This document shows positions 1 through 13,500 of a DNA stretch of 64,000 nucleotides, in pieces; position 1 is the first letter of the stretch; each line of letters starts with the position of its first letter. The notes below the pieces were generated by a model. That model saw only the letters and a program-made list of their open reading frames with translations. It had not been told where the DNA came from and searched no databases. This DNA is from Protoeuglena noctilucae. Taxonomy: Eukaryota. The stretch lies in assembly GCA_958009085.1 (NCBI GenBank), contig OY253674.1, positions 868,001 to 932,000 of the forward strand, given 5' to 3'. Position numbers and translations under genes: made by a program.

Positions 1-2846
1 GGGCCCCAGGCGTCATCCGCGCCCGCGACGACCTCCGCGACCCCCGGCGCCGCGTCGGGGGTCGCGAGCGCGGCCGCAGAGCCTGGGCAGGCTCCGTTGG
101 TGACGGCCGGCCTTGAGCTGCCGCCCGCACTGCTGGGGCCGGTGCCCCCGATGCCGGGGCTGGGCGAGGGCGCGACGACGCGCGGGCGGCGGAGTCGTGG
201 CCGGGGGCGGGGCTCCCGGGGTCGCAAAGGGAAGGAGGCGAAGGAAGGGGCGGTTGATTGGATGGGTCAGTTCGGTGGGACTGGGGCGGCGTGGACGCCT
301 GCTGAGGAGGCGGCGCTGATGGCCTCGGGTGAGTGGAGGGGGTATTCGTAGTGTGGGGGAGGTGTCGATGTTGATGGCAGCGTGGGGTGCGTGGGGAGCG
401 GGGTGCATGGCACCGTCTGGCTCGCTGCCGCTCCATATCTCAGTCCTTCCTTCTTGCCTATCCTGCAGTGCGCAAGACTGGCCTGGACTTGCAGTTCCTG
501 GCGCAAGACATGGGGCCAGGGCGGACGGGGCCCGAGTGCATGGCGTACTTCCTCACCCACCAGCAACGGCTCCTCACCGATGTCAACCTGTGGGCGGTGC
601 AACCCAGGGCCGGTGCGGCCCCGGCAGCAGATGCGAAGGGGGAGGCGCCGCGTTCGGACGCCGGCGCGGTTGCGGGCGCGACTGCGGGTGCGGGGGCAGA
701 TACGGGTGCGGGTGCATCGCGATCGTCGATGGATGGGAAGGCGCGGCCTCAAGAGACGCGGCCTCAGGAAGGGCCAGGGACTGCGCCGCCGCCGGTGTCT
801 GCGGCCCAGGGGAGCGCGAGGCCACACTCCGCGCCCGTGCTGGACCGCATTCCCACCGCGGTCCGTCGCAAGTCGGTCGACCGTCCCGTCCTGCCCGGGC
901 CTGCTCACGGCCAGGTGTTGACTCCCGAGGCGGCCCTGGTGGCGCTGGCGCAGGCGCAGCAGGTGCAGGCGCTGCAGGCGCTGTCCCTGGCCCAGGCGGG
1001 GGTCCCCGGTGGGGCAGAGGCACTGGCGGTGCTGCAGGCAGCACTGCTGACGCACCAGCTGGGGCTCCTGGGGCAGCCGGCGGCCCTGCAGGGCGTGGGC
1101 GCGGCGGGCGCCAACCTGGGCCTGCTCCTCGGCATGGGCCTGGGGCTGCCAGGCATGGTGGGTATGGCGGGTGCGCCGGGGTTCGGCCACGCGGGGGCAG
1201 CCCTGAGTCAGGCCCAGGCGCACGCGCAGGTGCAGGCGCTGATGGCCATGACCACGCAGGCGCAGATGCAAGCGCAGATGCAGGCGCAGCTGCAGGGCTT
1301 CCTGGCCAGCTCGGTGGCCTTTGCCGCGGCGCAGCAGCCAGGCTTGGGGCAGGCGCAGAGCCCGGCCCCGCGCTCAACGACACAGACATCGGCAGCGCCC
1401 GGGGCATCGAGCGCGGCCAGCCACGCTGCACGGGCGAGGGGAGCGGCGCGAGGGGACACTGCGCCCGACACCGCAGCACCGCCACCTACCCTAACAGCGG
1501 GGTTGCCATCTGCCGGCCCTGCCCAGCCCGTCCCGGGCGGCGTGACTGGCGACGACGATGGCGCGGCGGCCGGGGTGGGGACGGGCGAGGGCATGGATTG
1601 GCAGGCCGTCGTCCCTCGGGAGCGCGAGTCGGGGCAGGCTGCTGCCAGCGTGGCTGCCGGTGCTGGGGAGGCAGCGCCGGACGCCGGGGCGGGGCTAGGC
1701 GTTCCTGCAGAGACGGGGTTGGGGACTGCCCCCGTGGCTGGGGTGCAGATGGCTGGAGAGTCTGGGCCGATGGCTGTGGCAGAGGTCGAGATGTCAGTCA
1801 TGGCAGAGGCTGGGCCGCAGGAGGTGGCTGCAAATGCCGGGCCAGCGGCGGCAGCTGCGCCTGCCTCAGTGGGTGACGGTCAGGTTGGGGAAGCGGCGAC
1901 GGCGCATGGGGACCCGGCCGATGGTCCCGCGCCCCTGGCCGGAGCTGAGGGGTCAAAGAGCGCACCTGGAGTCGCAGTCGACGTCTCTGATGCCGCAGGG
2001 GAGCCTGCTCAGGGTCGCCCAGGCCCCAGCGAGCCAGCAGCGACGGGGCAGGGGAGGCCTGCGTCGCCTGCCGGCCCTATGCTGGGCACAGGGGCAGTCA
2101 CGGGCCTGGCTATGGAGAAAGATACGTCCCTGGCCGGTGCTGCTGACGCCACTGCTGCCGCAGGTGCTGCTGACGACGCGTCGGGGGTTGCGCACGCGCC
2201 CGCTGGCGTGGGCGGTGGTGGGCCCAATGTGGCACCCGGGGCTGACACAGGCAGTGACTTGCCGCGGGTCATGGCAGTCGAGGGGCGCAGCGCTGAGGGC
2301 GAACAGGGCACGGCAGCGCGAGCAGGGGTAGAGGGCGAGGGGGCTGTCGCAAGCGACGGGTACAGGGCAGGTAGCAAGGGGCGGGGTGACGACAGCGCTG
2401 ATGTGGGTGATGGGGCCGGTGACCCGATGGAGGTGGACGGGGCAGCGGATGAGGCATTGGGCGGGGACGAGGGCGCGAGAGACGAGCCGATGGATGGGGT
2501 GGGCGAGGGCCCGGGCGACGGCGGTGGCTTCAGCGATGGCGGTGGCGAGGGCAGAGGAGAGCGTGATGGGGGCGAGCTGGGCTCGGTCTATGCATCGTCG
2601 ACTGAGTCCTCGAGCGCAGATGCAAGCTTATTCACCGAGGGCGACGATGGTGGCCGGGGTGGAGGCGAGGGTGCGGGCGCGGGCCCAAGGGAGGGCGAGG
2701 CTCCGGGCAATGGCGCTGGCCTGAGCGATGGCGATGGAAAGCCGGTGTCAGGGCAGGGGCGGATCCAAGGCCCGAGAGATGGGTCGGGAGAGGGAGAGGT
2801 GGCGAGCGAGGGCACCTCTGAGCCCTCCAGTCCCCCGGAGCCATGA
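1..2846 (+). CDS. SANT/Myb-domain protein, 3' part (5' end lies outside the window), with long Ala/Gly/Gln-rich low-complexity tail
   Basis: Removing a GT-AG intron at 329..468 joins WTPAEEAALMAS to VRKTGLDLQFLAQDMGPGRTGPECMAYFLTHQQRL, a SANT/Myb-like helix-turn-helix pattern. The final exon is open to TGA at 2846. Confidence 0.65.
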
Positions 2847-3122
2847 CTGGCATCGCCTGGGCAGTCACGCTTGTGCTGTCAATAGATGGATGATGGATGT
2901 CACTAGTTGCGAGTCCCGCGTGCCGAGCCCCTTCCGCGCCGCTGGGGCATCGTAGATGGGCTGCGAACGCCTATGCCAAGCCCCTTGCATTGCATAGATG
3001 GGTGTCCAACTCAAGACTGTCCGGACTGCCACACTGTTGAATGGTTCGACTAACAATTGCGGAATGGTGCGCGAGATGAGACATGGCTGAGACGACTTGC
3101 AAGGAAACTGCGCTAGCTGTGC

Positions 3123-6100
3123 CTAGAACACGCGGATGATGTCGGGCAAGGCCTTGCGGAGACTGGTGCCAGTGCGGTAGGGCACGGTGCAGTCGTCGCG
3201 AGGGTAGCCCACGGGCATGATGGCGAACACGCGCTCGTTGTCGGGACGGTTGAGCAGCGTGCGGATCTGCGTGGCCGGCGTGGCAATCGGCGATCATCGC
3301 CCCAACCACGTCGGCGGCATGGAATGCAGCGAAGGTTAGCAGCAACAGGCGTGGCGCTTGTAAATACATAACCCAGCCCAACCGTCCACGTGAACTGCCT
3401 CGCCCGCACCCATCACACCTCCTGACCACCCTTCTGCCCAGGCCAGGGCAGGTGCCGAGTCAGCCACGCCGCTCGCCTGCTCGTCGCAGCCGTCCGGCGT
3501 CGTGACAACCGTCGCCAGGTTCGCGTTGTGCAGGGCCGCGGTCAGCACCCCCACGGCCACCCCCACGCTCTTGGTCGCGTGCAGCACGGGCTCCTGCGGA
3601 GCATCAAGCGGCTGCCCCGGCCATCGCCGCTTCCATCGGTGCTCCATCACCACCACCACGTAAGGCGCCTCCTCTAGGTATGGCTTGGAGACGTCCTCTG
3701 ACTCTGGACGCTGCAATGCCTGGATCAGCGGGGCTGCGGGAAGGAAAGGCGAGCGGGGCGTGTAAGCAGCAAGGTGGACAACAAATCAACAACATAGTAT
3801 GGTACACGGGCGTGTGTCCCAGCACTCCAATCAATCGTTACCCTCATCCGAAGCCGCAGCGACCACGCCGTTCAGGCCTCGCTCTGTCCACCCCCACCAA
3901 CCACCGCTCACTTGCTCGCTTCGCCCGCGCTGCCACCCTCCGCTCCCCGTTCTCCCTCTCTTTCGCCTCCACCGCCTCCCGCAGTTGCCGCTTGATCCCC
4001 GCGTCCTGCACCACTAAAAACGTCCACGGCTGCGCGTGCATGCCGCTGGGCGCCGTCGCCGCTGCTCGAATGCAGTCCTCCAGGACCGAGTAGTGGACGG
4101 GGTCGTGGCTGAAGAACCGAACGGAGCGGCGCAAAGACAGGAGCTGGAAAAAGCCCCTGGATGTGGTGTGAAGAGCGGAGGGGATGCAGTGAGAGGGTGG
4201 GGCACTAGAGCAGGGCGGTTGCAGCGACACCTTACATGCAGCGATGGCGCCACTCCCGCAGCCGCACGCCTACCTTGCCCGGATGCGCTGGTCGCGACTG
4301 GGGATGCGCTCCCACACGAACCGCACCGGCTGCTCCCTCTCCCGCCCCTTGCCCCGCCCGCCCGCGGACATCGCCCCCTCGCTCTCACTCGTCTCGCCAC
4401 CCACCGCGCGTCCTGTGCCGGCCCCCTCGGGCGCCGGCGTCACGCCCCGCCGGCCCCGCCGCTTCGCGTTCCCAAGGCTGTCGAGGTCTTGGAAGGCCCG
4501 GAATGGCCGCCACAGCCACTCCCGCCGCACGGACCCGGGGGCGGCCCTCGCCGGGGCCTCCTCGGCCTCCCGCTCCGCCCGGGTGTCCGGCTGCTGCACC
4601 TGCGCCCGGACCTGGTCCATTTCCGCGATGGAGTCGCTGAGGAAGCTGAAGCGCCACGCGGCGTTGGACGGGCCCGACCCCGGCGACCCCGGTGAGGGCA
4701 TCGAGAAGGCCCCGGGGGGCTCGTCGCTGTCGGAGGGAGGTCCGGCGAAGGACGCCGCCTCGGACTCGCGGTCGCGGCGCGCCTGCTGCGACAGGGAGGC
4801 CTCCACCATGGGCTCCTCTGCCATCAGCGCCAGGGCCTCCTCCACCGCTGCAATGCAAGGAGAGGTGGAGGACACAATTGAGCTGAGACAAAGCGAGGTA
4901 GAAAGTTAAACAGTTGAGTTGACACAGTAAGGATCGAAGATCAAGTCAAGTAGATAGTCATCTACTTGGCAGGGATGCACGGCGGGGCATGCTGCGTGGA
5001 CGCTGAGAGCATGCTGCCTCACTCTCAGCGGTGCCCATGGAGGGGCGGACCGTGAGGGTCGCCTGGGCCGGGAGGTCCTCCGCGACGCCTCTGGGGACGT
5101 TGTCCCAGCTCCCGAGGGCATCCGCGCGATCCCGCTCTTGCATCTCCCGCTCCCGCTCCCGCTTCCTGCACAGGGGGTGGGGTCAGCGCAGGTGCCGCAC
5201 AGTGGCACACGCAGGCTTGGGTGTTACAGCCGGGTGCCGGCAGAGGATTGGGCAGGGCGCTTATGCAGGCAGCGCGATGGGAATGCGAGACCAGTGTGAG
5301 GGTGTCACAGGCGGTCAACAGCAGCTGGGAGCCGCGAGCCCTCACCGCGCCTCCTTGTCCGCCTCCTCGTCTCTCCCAACGAGGATGACGTTCAGGACCC
5401 CCACGGACACGATCACCGCAATCCCCAGGCACGTCTGCGTCAGTTCCTCCTCCACGCGGCTCACGATGAAGATGTCACCCAGGTCCTGCGGGCGCGTAGG
5501 GGCGTCTCGTGACCCATAAAGCGGATGAGGTGGCGACTGAGACGCGCCAGCCGCGGGGCAGGCCGCTGCAACCGAGCGCAGCGCCCGCGATCCGTACCCA
5601 GAGACCCCGCCAGGTGAGCACACCACCCAGGAGCTCCAGCAGCGAAAGACCGACGCCACGCCAGTACCGGCGACTCGACAGCCTGGCCCGAGATCCTTCC
5701 GGGATGCGCCGGATCACGAGGGCACGCAGGGCCCGCGACACGCGGGCTGTGACGGGCAGCGCCTCCGACAGCCTCTGCCTGGGCGCGTACCCATTCACTC
5801 TGCGCAGTAACCGGGATACTAGCGTCGCACGCGCGGCTGCGTCCGTCGCTCGCCGCGCGGAATGCACTTGGCAAATGCGAACACTGGTGAACGCGCAGGC
5901 ATTCCCCGGCAGCCATTCGAGACGCCGCAACGACGGGCGCCAACAATAGCAGCGGCCGTAATTCACCCGGCCGACAGCCTGCCGGGGATATCGCTCTCCC
6001 CGTCGCTGCCCCCATCGGCCCTCCCCGCCCCGGCCGCAGGACGCCCATTCGTCCTCTGCGCTTCGTCCCTGGCCGTGGCACGCAGGGCACGGATGCGCAC

Positions 6101-6178
6101 AGGAGGCTGCAATCGGCCGACGAGGATGCCGTGCCGCACCCTGCCGCATCCGCATCGCTGGGGTGCAGCCACGCCCAT
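3123..6178 (-). CDS. Iodotyrosine deiodinase-like FMN nitroreductase with long N-terminal extension (transit-peptide-like start, two hydrophobic helices); about 8 exons
   Basis: Spliced motifs RRSVRFFS, TAPSGMHAQPWTF, KPYLEEAP, ALHNANLATVVTTP and IRTLLNRPDNERVFAIMPVGYP match the IYD subfamily of nitroreductases. All joins are phase-consistent; the last intron (3267..3476) is GC-AG. The start codon is uncertain. Confidence 0.75.
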
Positions 6179-6665
6179 CGCGGCCCACGGCCAGCGCAGT
6201 GCTTCGCGGCCGGATGGCCGGGTGCGCTGCACCCTCCAGCACCTGTCGCTACTGTACTACAGTCCCAGAGCGCTGATTACAAGCCGCGGGAGCGTTCTGT
6301 CAACAATAAGCGGCACCCTGGGTTGTCCTCGCCGGCTAACCTATGGCTTGCTTCCCCCATTTTCATATGAAGAGATCGTGCGGGGTGCTCGAGCGGGTAG
6401 GTTATGGCGTGACCCAGTCGGACCGCAGCCCGAGTCGGAGAAGGGAAGCGAGCAGGGCCTACCTGCACCAGTTGCTTGCGTCAATAATCTTGATTGGCCC
6501 GCAGCCAGAATCTCCCCTGTCAAACGTGCGTGGTTGCTGAGTTGATCAGAAGTTGGGCCAGCGCCTCGTCTCCATCATTTGCCTTCCTTGATCGGGCTTC
6601 GCGGATTGGCGAGGACTCAGTGACGCTGTGTCCGGGTGGCCCGGCGCCCGATCCCGGTGGCTGCC

Positions 6666-8290
6666 ATGGCGTCGTGGCTCGGGGCGCTCCCCAAGCCCAA
6701 GCATGACACGGATGGGTTTGGGGGCTTCCGTCCCCCCCCCGTCCTGGCCACTGCGGACCAACTGAGCCATGCCAAGGAGCCGCCGCCCTATGGGAAGCGG
6801 CGCAACTACGTTCCCCGCACGTGAGCTCGCGCACCCAACCGCCGGCGAGCCAGGCCCGAAATCGGCGTGCCTGCGTCGTCTTCGGCACGCTGTCGTTCGT
6901 CGCTCGCCGCTGGCCGCCCGGAATACGCCATGGTCGAGCCGGGGGGCGCGTTTGGCGTGCGTTCGCGTGCGCGACCAAGCGTCCGCGCGCCGCGCGCGCG
7001 AAGCCGGTGCCGATGCCTCTTCGCTGTCCTGTGTCGCAGTTCTGAGGATTTCGGTGATGGGGGCGCTTTCCCGGAGATCCACGTGGCCCAGTATCCGCGG
7101 AACATGGGTCGGCGGGACGCCAAGGCAGCAGGCGCGGGCGCCGAGCCGCGCGCAGCCGCTGCGGGTCTCGCTCGCGCGTGTTAGGGCAGTTCATCGCCTG
7201 TGGACGACTTCCTGACTCCCACATCGCCCCCACATTGCCCATCCAAGCGCAGGCAAGACGCTGGCGCTGACGGTGGGGACGGACGGGACGGTGAATTACG
7301 ACGACGTAGTGAAGCAGGGCGGCAACAAGGGCCGCACGGTGCACTCCAAGTTCACCGCGCTGATCCCGAAGCCCGACGCGGCCAAGGACGCCTCAAGGCC
7401 CGATGAGGAGGAGCAAGAGAAAGTGGCCAAGGAGACGCAGGCGGCGCTCGACGCGGTGCTGGGCAAGAAGCTCGCCGTGCTGCAGACCAAGGCGGTGCCG
7501 AAGCAGCCGGGCGCCCCGGAGCTCATCAAGTGAGGCACCCGCGCCGCATGCGATCCCGACACGTTAGGGTCTCTCAACAGAGCTCTCGCTGGCGCCACCG
7601 CGTGTCCCCGGCGCGCCCCGCCTGTGGAATGATGTCCGACTTAACACTCGTTTGCCTTGACTCCCCAGGTACACCCCCGCCAACCAGTCCCGGGAGTTCA
7701 ACTCGGGAGCCGGCCAGCGCATCATCAAGATGCACGAGGCACCTGTGGACCCCCTGGAGCCGCCCAAGTTCCGCGTGAAGAAGGTCCCTCGGGGCCCCGG
7801 CTCGCCCCCCCGTGCCCGTCATGCACTCGCCGCCCCGGCCGGCGACCAAGGCGGAGCTCGACGACTGGAAGATCCCGCCTTCGGTGTCCAACTGGAAGAA
7901 CCCCAAGGGTTACATCATCCCGCTGGACAAGCGCCTGGCGGCCGACGGGCGCGGGCTGCAGAGCACGCTCATCAACGACAAGTTCGCTGCTTTCCAGGAA
8001 TCCCTCGCCATCACCGGTGAGACCCAGTGCGTGCCCAGTCGAGAGATGACCNNNNNNNNNNNNNNNNNNNNNNNNNNNNNNNNNNNNNNNNNNNNNNNNN
8101 NNNNNNNNNNNNNNNNNNNNNNNNNNNNNNNNNNNNNNNNNNNNNNNNNNNNNNNNNNNNNNNNNNNNNNNNNNNNNNNNNNNNNNNNNNNNNNNNNNNN
8201 NNNNNNNNNNNNNNNNNNNNNNNNNNNNNNNNNNNNNNNNNNNNNNNNNNNTTCGGGATCGACTCGTTCCTCACCGACGGCAAGAAGTGA
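6666..8290 (+). CDS. SKIP: SNW/SKIP (Prp45) spliceosomal protein, interrupted by an assembly gap
   Basis: Motifs EDFGDGGAFPEIHVAQYP, DPLEPPKF and WKIPPSVSNWKNPKGYIIPLDKRLAADGRGLQ. The C-terminal FGIDSFLTDGKK* follows the gap. One apparent +1 frameshift lies in the C-run at 7805..7811. Confidence 0.93.
8052..8251. other. Assembly gap (200 N) inside the SKIP gene
   Basis: Run of N. The missing SKIP C-terminal half suggests the real gap is longer than 200 bp. Confidence 0.97.
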
Positions 8291-8637
8291 CGCGGGAGCT
8301 GAGCACGAATGGAGGCGGGCTTATAGAGTTGGGCTTATGGGTCGACAAGGCACTTGGGCCACGGGTGGGGGCGATGCATGGGCCGTGTCTCGTGGCGCGG
8401 GTGTTTGTGGGCGGTCTCGCTGCCTTTCAAGCCGGCGCCGGTCACGTGTCCCGAGGGCGACGAGCGCACAGGCGCGAGGCTTGAGGTCCCAAGCAGAGCT
8501 ATGCATGTGGTCTGCATAGGAATGGCCGGTTGGACCGCCAGTTGCGTCTGGCGTGAGGGTAAAGCTGCTGCACGGGAACCAGTGCAACAAAGCGACATCA
8601 CCAACCAGTCGTGCACCGCCCTGCCACCGCGGCCGCG

Positions 8638-10002
8638 TCAGTGCTCCTCGGCAAGAGGCGCCAGGGTGTCGTGCATGATGCGCACGAGGCCGTCCTGGTT
8701 GTCGATGTGGACCCAGTGCCGCGCTTTCGGCAACACGTGGACGTGGGTGAATCCACGCGCGGCCGACCGCCTTGACTCCGCCGCCACCCGCCCAAGCGTC
8801 TCCCAGTCGTGCTGAGTCCACCGATCCGACAGCTCACCCCGCACGACGTGCACGTCGACCCCTTGTGGTGGCAGCGCCAGCACGTCCTGCGTGGGTGAGG
8901 AAGTGGGCGAGTGGGATGGTAGCCACGGAAGTCATAGTAGTCATGCTTGCCAGTCACGGTCACAGACGACGCGTGCATTGGCACCACATGGGCGCTCGCG
9001 CTCCTGGCCCACGCACCCAGTACTCGCTGGACCGATAAGACGCGTACATGGCGGCAGCCCCAGCGACGTCGAATTCGAATCGCAGCGCCCCGGTCCCCGG
9101 CACCACCTCGAGGCTCGAGCCCAGCCAGGCCGCCAGGTCCTCGCTGAGGCCCATGCGCTGCGTGAGGGTGGCGTGCAGCTCCTTGCGACTTCCCACAGGC
9201 ATCGGTATGTCCTGCACGATCCGCAGGACCTGGTCCACGCCCCGGGGGGACAGGTCGCGGTCGACCCGGCCGGGAATGGAGTCGAGTAGCCAAAAGGATG
9301 GTGGGCGGAGGGCCCTGGCGGCCTCGACGGCAGCCTCGTCTGCCCCCGCGCACTCTGCGTCCTTGAGAAGCTGCAGCACCTCCATGGCCACCTTGCCGCC
9401 CAGGCTGTGCCCGGCGAGGAAGGAGAACTTCAGTCCCCGCTCGTCACGCTCCCGAGACAGCAGGCTCATCACGTCCCCCGCCGCGGACTGGATGGTGTGC
9501 GGGGCGTGGAAGCCGGGCCGTGAGGCCGTGGCGCCGTGGTTGCGCAAGTCCGGGAGCAGGATGCGCCAGCGCCGGGAGGTGGTGCGTGCCAGAGCAGCGG
9601 CGAGGTGGCGAGAGAACGTACGGAGGTTCTTGCCCTGCGGCAGGCGGGCGGGGCCTGTTTGGGCCCGACTTGGGGAGACACGCGCGGCCCAGCCCTCGCA
9701 TGCGGACCGGCGAACTCACCTGTCCTAGCATGCCATGCAGGATGAGCCCATGGAGCGGGGGGCCGGTCATCTTGCTTGTCAGGGACGCCCTCAACCTCCT
9801 GGACAGCCAGGCGCCCCGCCAGGCTCGACGATACCCGCGTTGCATCGTTGAGCTGCGGCGCACCCAAGGGGGGGGGCAGCCGGCGCTGTTGCGGCAGGGA
9901 TGGCGGGCAAAAAGCGCAGCGGGTGTCCCGCATGTCCCGTCGCCGCACCTGGCGCAGAGAGCCCGTGACCATTGCCAGGGCCTTCAAACGTGCAACCGTC
10001 AT
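8638..10002 (-). CDS. Alpha/beta hydrolase, ABHD11-like
   Basis: Motifs LHGMLGQGKNLRTF, DLRNHG, the GHSLGGKVA nucleophile elbow and HWVHIDN (catalytic His); 3 introns. Probable +1 frameshift in the G-run at 9757..9762. Confidence 0.85.
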
Positions 10003-10544
10003 CTCGGACGCGTGATGTGGTGCGCAAGGGGCTGCACCGGGGGCAGCAAAGCCTTGGCCGGCGGTCGGGCACAGTTACGCGAGTTACGCCTCACTTGCGT
10101 CACGATTCCGCAAAGTCATGCCAGAGAGGGCTATAGATTGCTCAACTTCGTCGCGTCAGCCCGTCAGCGCGTTTGATTAGCCTCGGAAGCGACAACGCAG
10201 GGCACGCTTTGCGGGCGGCAATGATATCGTTGGGACGCAGCGGCTCGTCACCCCTGGCGTTCACGATGCAGTGTGCATTGCAACTTTAGTCGACCAGCGC
10301 GTGCTACCACTGTCTTAGGCGCTGCAGCTGCTTGCAGCGGGCGTGCCAGGGTGTGTCACGCACCTCTGGCAGCGACGCAGGGATTCAGCTACATCCAGGC
10401 CTCCCAGCGCATGTAGGCACTCATTCCCAGCACACGATAGGGCCTGGCTTCGCCGCGGGCCACTCCTTTATCACAAAGCGAAGGGGTTTGTGGCGAATGT
10501 GTGAAAACTGGTGGAGGCCCTGACCTGGAGAGGGCTACGCGGCG

Positions 10545-13500
10545 ATGGCCGGATATCCAGGTAAGCGGGATGTGCCCAGGTGTCTACCCAATCGGCGGCG
10601 GCGTGCGACATCAGCGATTCAGCGTGCTTTGCCGACGATCCGCGCGACATCGCGCTTGCTTGTTCTCCGCATGCTCTTCCACGGTTGTCCGTCTGATGTG
10701 CTGTGCAATCCAGCTCCTGGGGGCAGCCTAACTTGCGTCTGGCCGGAGATCCATCACAAGCGCACCCATTGCTGTGCAGGGCGCCCCGGCCAGGGCCCGG
10801 CTCCTCCCCCTTCGCATGATGGGAACGCACACTTGCCGGGCGTCCAGCAGCTGCGACCCTTCAGCGATCCTGCCAAGCACCAGCGTGCAGTCGTTGCGGG
10901 GGGAGCCGCCGCAGAGGCCGACGCGGTTCTCCCCGGCGGCCACGGTCGTACAGTGTTTGTGAGAGGGGAACAGGAGCACTCCGCGGGCATCGCGCAGGGC
11001 GCCAAGGTGAATTGGAGTGGCTGGAGCGGCTGAGATCTTTCACGGTCTCGCCCACTGCGGGGTGGCGAGCGTTCCTACTTGATGGTCCCCGGACATCGCG
11101 CTCGTGTGCTCTGGTGCTTCTCGTATGCCCTGGGACCGCCGCGCTTCGTCGTCCCGTCTGCAGTCTCTCGTGCACGCAGGCCCCGGCTCGCCCCCTTTGC
11201 GGCGGTGTTTAAGACCTTTCTCATTCCCACTTTTTTGCAGTCATCGTTGCACTCTGAGCTGGCGCGGCGGGCCTTTCAGGCGGCGGGACTACAAGGAGGT
11301 GAGTGGACGCATCTTTTCATTTGCAACACTTGGTTGTTCCCGTGGCCTTATCCGCCATGTGACACTGGTTATGATGATGGTTTCAACTGCAGCGTCCCGA
11401 TGCCCGGCCTCCCGCCGATTCGCGCTCGCAGGGGTTCCTCCACCGCCCCCCGATGCACCTCACGATGCGCCGCCCGGAGCCCAGCCTTCTCAGCCCGGCG
11501 CCTCCGCGGGACCTGCCCCTTACTCGTTACCATCTCATGCCGCCAAGGGCGCGGCCCCCGGGACGTCCAATCCCGTCCGGCCAGCGTTTGTCCAGCCGAA
11601 CAAGCCCATGGTCGCCAACCTGCGGCTCCCGGGCAAGGCTCCCGCGAGCGGTCCAACGAGAGTCGTGTTGCAGACCGCGGGAGCGCGGGCGCCGCCGCTC
11701 CGGCAGCCCTACGCGGAAGCCGCGCCACCACCACCCCCGCCCCCGGTCGCACCCACTCCCGCACAGTCAGGAGCAGGCGCAGGCGGACGGGCGGAGGCTG
11801 CAGACGCAGCTGTGGGTGCGCAGAAGGAGACCCGGGGCGAGCCAGGCGCTGGGGCGACGGCAGGGGCCGTGGGGCCAGTGAAGGGGCCGAGCTCTGGGGC
11901 TGCAGTCGGCAAGGGCGCGGGGCGGGAGCAGTCGCGCGCGCCGGAGGCGTCCGCGAGCCGGGGTCGTGGCGACGCAGCAGGCGATGGGCCCAAGGGCGCG
12001 GAGGTGCCTGGGAGGGACGGCCGTGGCCGGTGGGGCGGTGGGGGTGGCGCGACTCGCGACCGAGACCCAGCGTCCCCCTCCTCCCCGGAGTCGCTTCGTG
12101 ACGCCGACGTCCAAGAACGCAATGACGGTTCACGGGGCGAGAGGCGCGACGGTGGGGGGGATGGGCGAGATGGAGGCCGGGAGCGGGGCACGGGTCGGGG
12201 AGGCGACGTGCAGGGTGGTCTGCAGGAGGGAAGCGCGCGTGCTCGGGACTCGCGCAGTCGGTCTCCAGGGGCTGCGGGAGGCGGGGCGCATAGCAGTCGC
12301 GACGGGGGCGGGGGTGACCGCCGGGGGCACGGTGATGAACGGGGGGTTGGCGATAAGCGAGGTGTCGTGGGGAGTCAAGACGGGGCCAGGAAGGGCGGCG
12401 CTGAGGTGGAGGAGGGGGAGTACGTGGGTCGAGAAGAGGGCGGGGAGCGCAGGGGCGGGCGCGACAGGCGCGATGGTGAGGGAGGGCCGAGAGGGGGGAG
12501 GGAAGGCGAGGACCGGGGCGCGGTGGCTGGCGGGGCGGGGAGCGTGCGACGGTCTGCATCGAAGGAGAGGGAGCAGGACGATGGGGCGGGCGAGAGGGCC
12601 CACCGGGACGCGCGGGATTGGTCGAGAGAGAGGCGGCATGAGGACGCGCACTATGCGCCCAACTCGCAAGACTATGACCGTCATTACGACCGCGAGTATG
12701 ACCGAGGCCACGACCGATACTATGAACGTCATTACGACCGACACTACGACCGAGACTATGACCGCGAGTATGACCGTCATCACGACCGTCACTATGACCG
12801 CGACCATGGTCGAGACTATGGCCACGACGGTCACGGCCGGTCGAGCCACCGGTCGCGGTCCGTCTCTCGCGACAGGCTGCGCGGAGAGGGCCGGCGCGGT
12901 CGGCGCGGCGACCGTTCGCTGTCTCCTGAACCTGGGGAGATCCGGGGCCGTGGCGAGGGAGGTGAGGGGGACAGGAGGGACAGGGGTAGGGGTGATGGGA
13001 GGGACCGGGACAGAAACAGCCGCAAGGAGAGCAAGCGAGAGCGGGAGCGGGACAGGGAGCGGGAGAGGGGGCGTGATAAGGAGAGGGGTAGAGAGAGGGA
13101 GCGACGGGGCGAGGGTGACGGGTCACGCGAGCGGCAGGGAGGCAGGCGTCGCAGTCGCTGGGACGTGGGGCATGAGGGCGGCGGGGGTGACAGGGACAGG
13201 CACGGGGCTGACCACGACTCTGCGGCGATGGACAGGCAGGGGCGGGCGAGGGGTGCCGGGTCGCATGTGGGGAGGGACGACGGACGGGAGGTGGGGCCTG
13301 CGCCGGCGCCCTCGCTGGGCCACCCGGGCCATCACAGGGACCATCGCGGGACGGGTGCGAGTGAGCGGGGAGCCAGGGAACGGGGCGAGGCTGAGTCACG
13401 GGGGGTGGAGGGGGCGGACCAGACGGTCGTGTCTGACCTGAGCAGCTTGGGCAGTCCGTTTGGGGAAATAGCGTCGGGAGCGGCCGAGTCTGCGCCGCAG

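Noticed and set aside
4906..4970. Apparent coding segment VDDYLLDLIFDPYCVNSTV
   Set aside because: It falls inside the phase-consistent intron at about 4848..5022 of the IYD-like gene.
6666..10002. SKIP and ABHD11-like genes as pseudogenes
   Set aside because: Each has only a single homopolymer indel near an assembly gap, with otherwise intact motifs and splice sites; sequencing error is more likely.
12668..12835. CRISPR-like array
   Set aside because: Short degenerate coding repeats without unique spacers, in a eukaryotic context with no cas genes.
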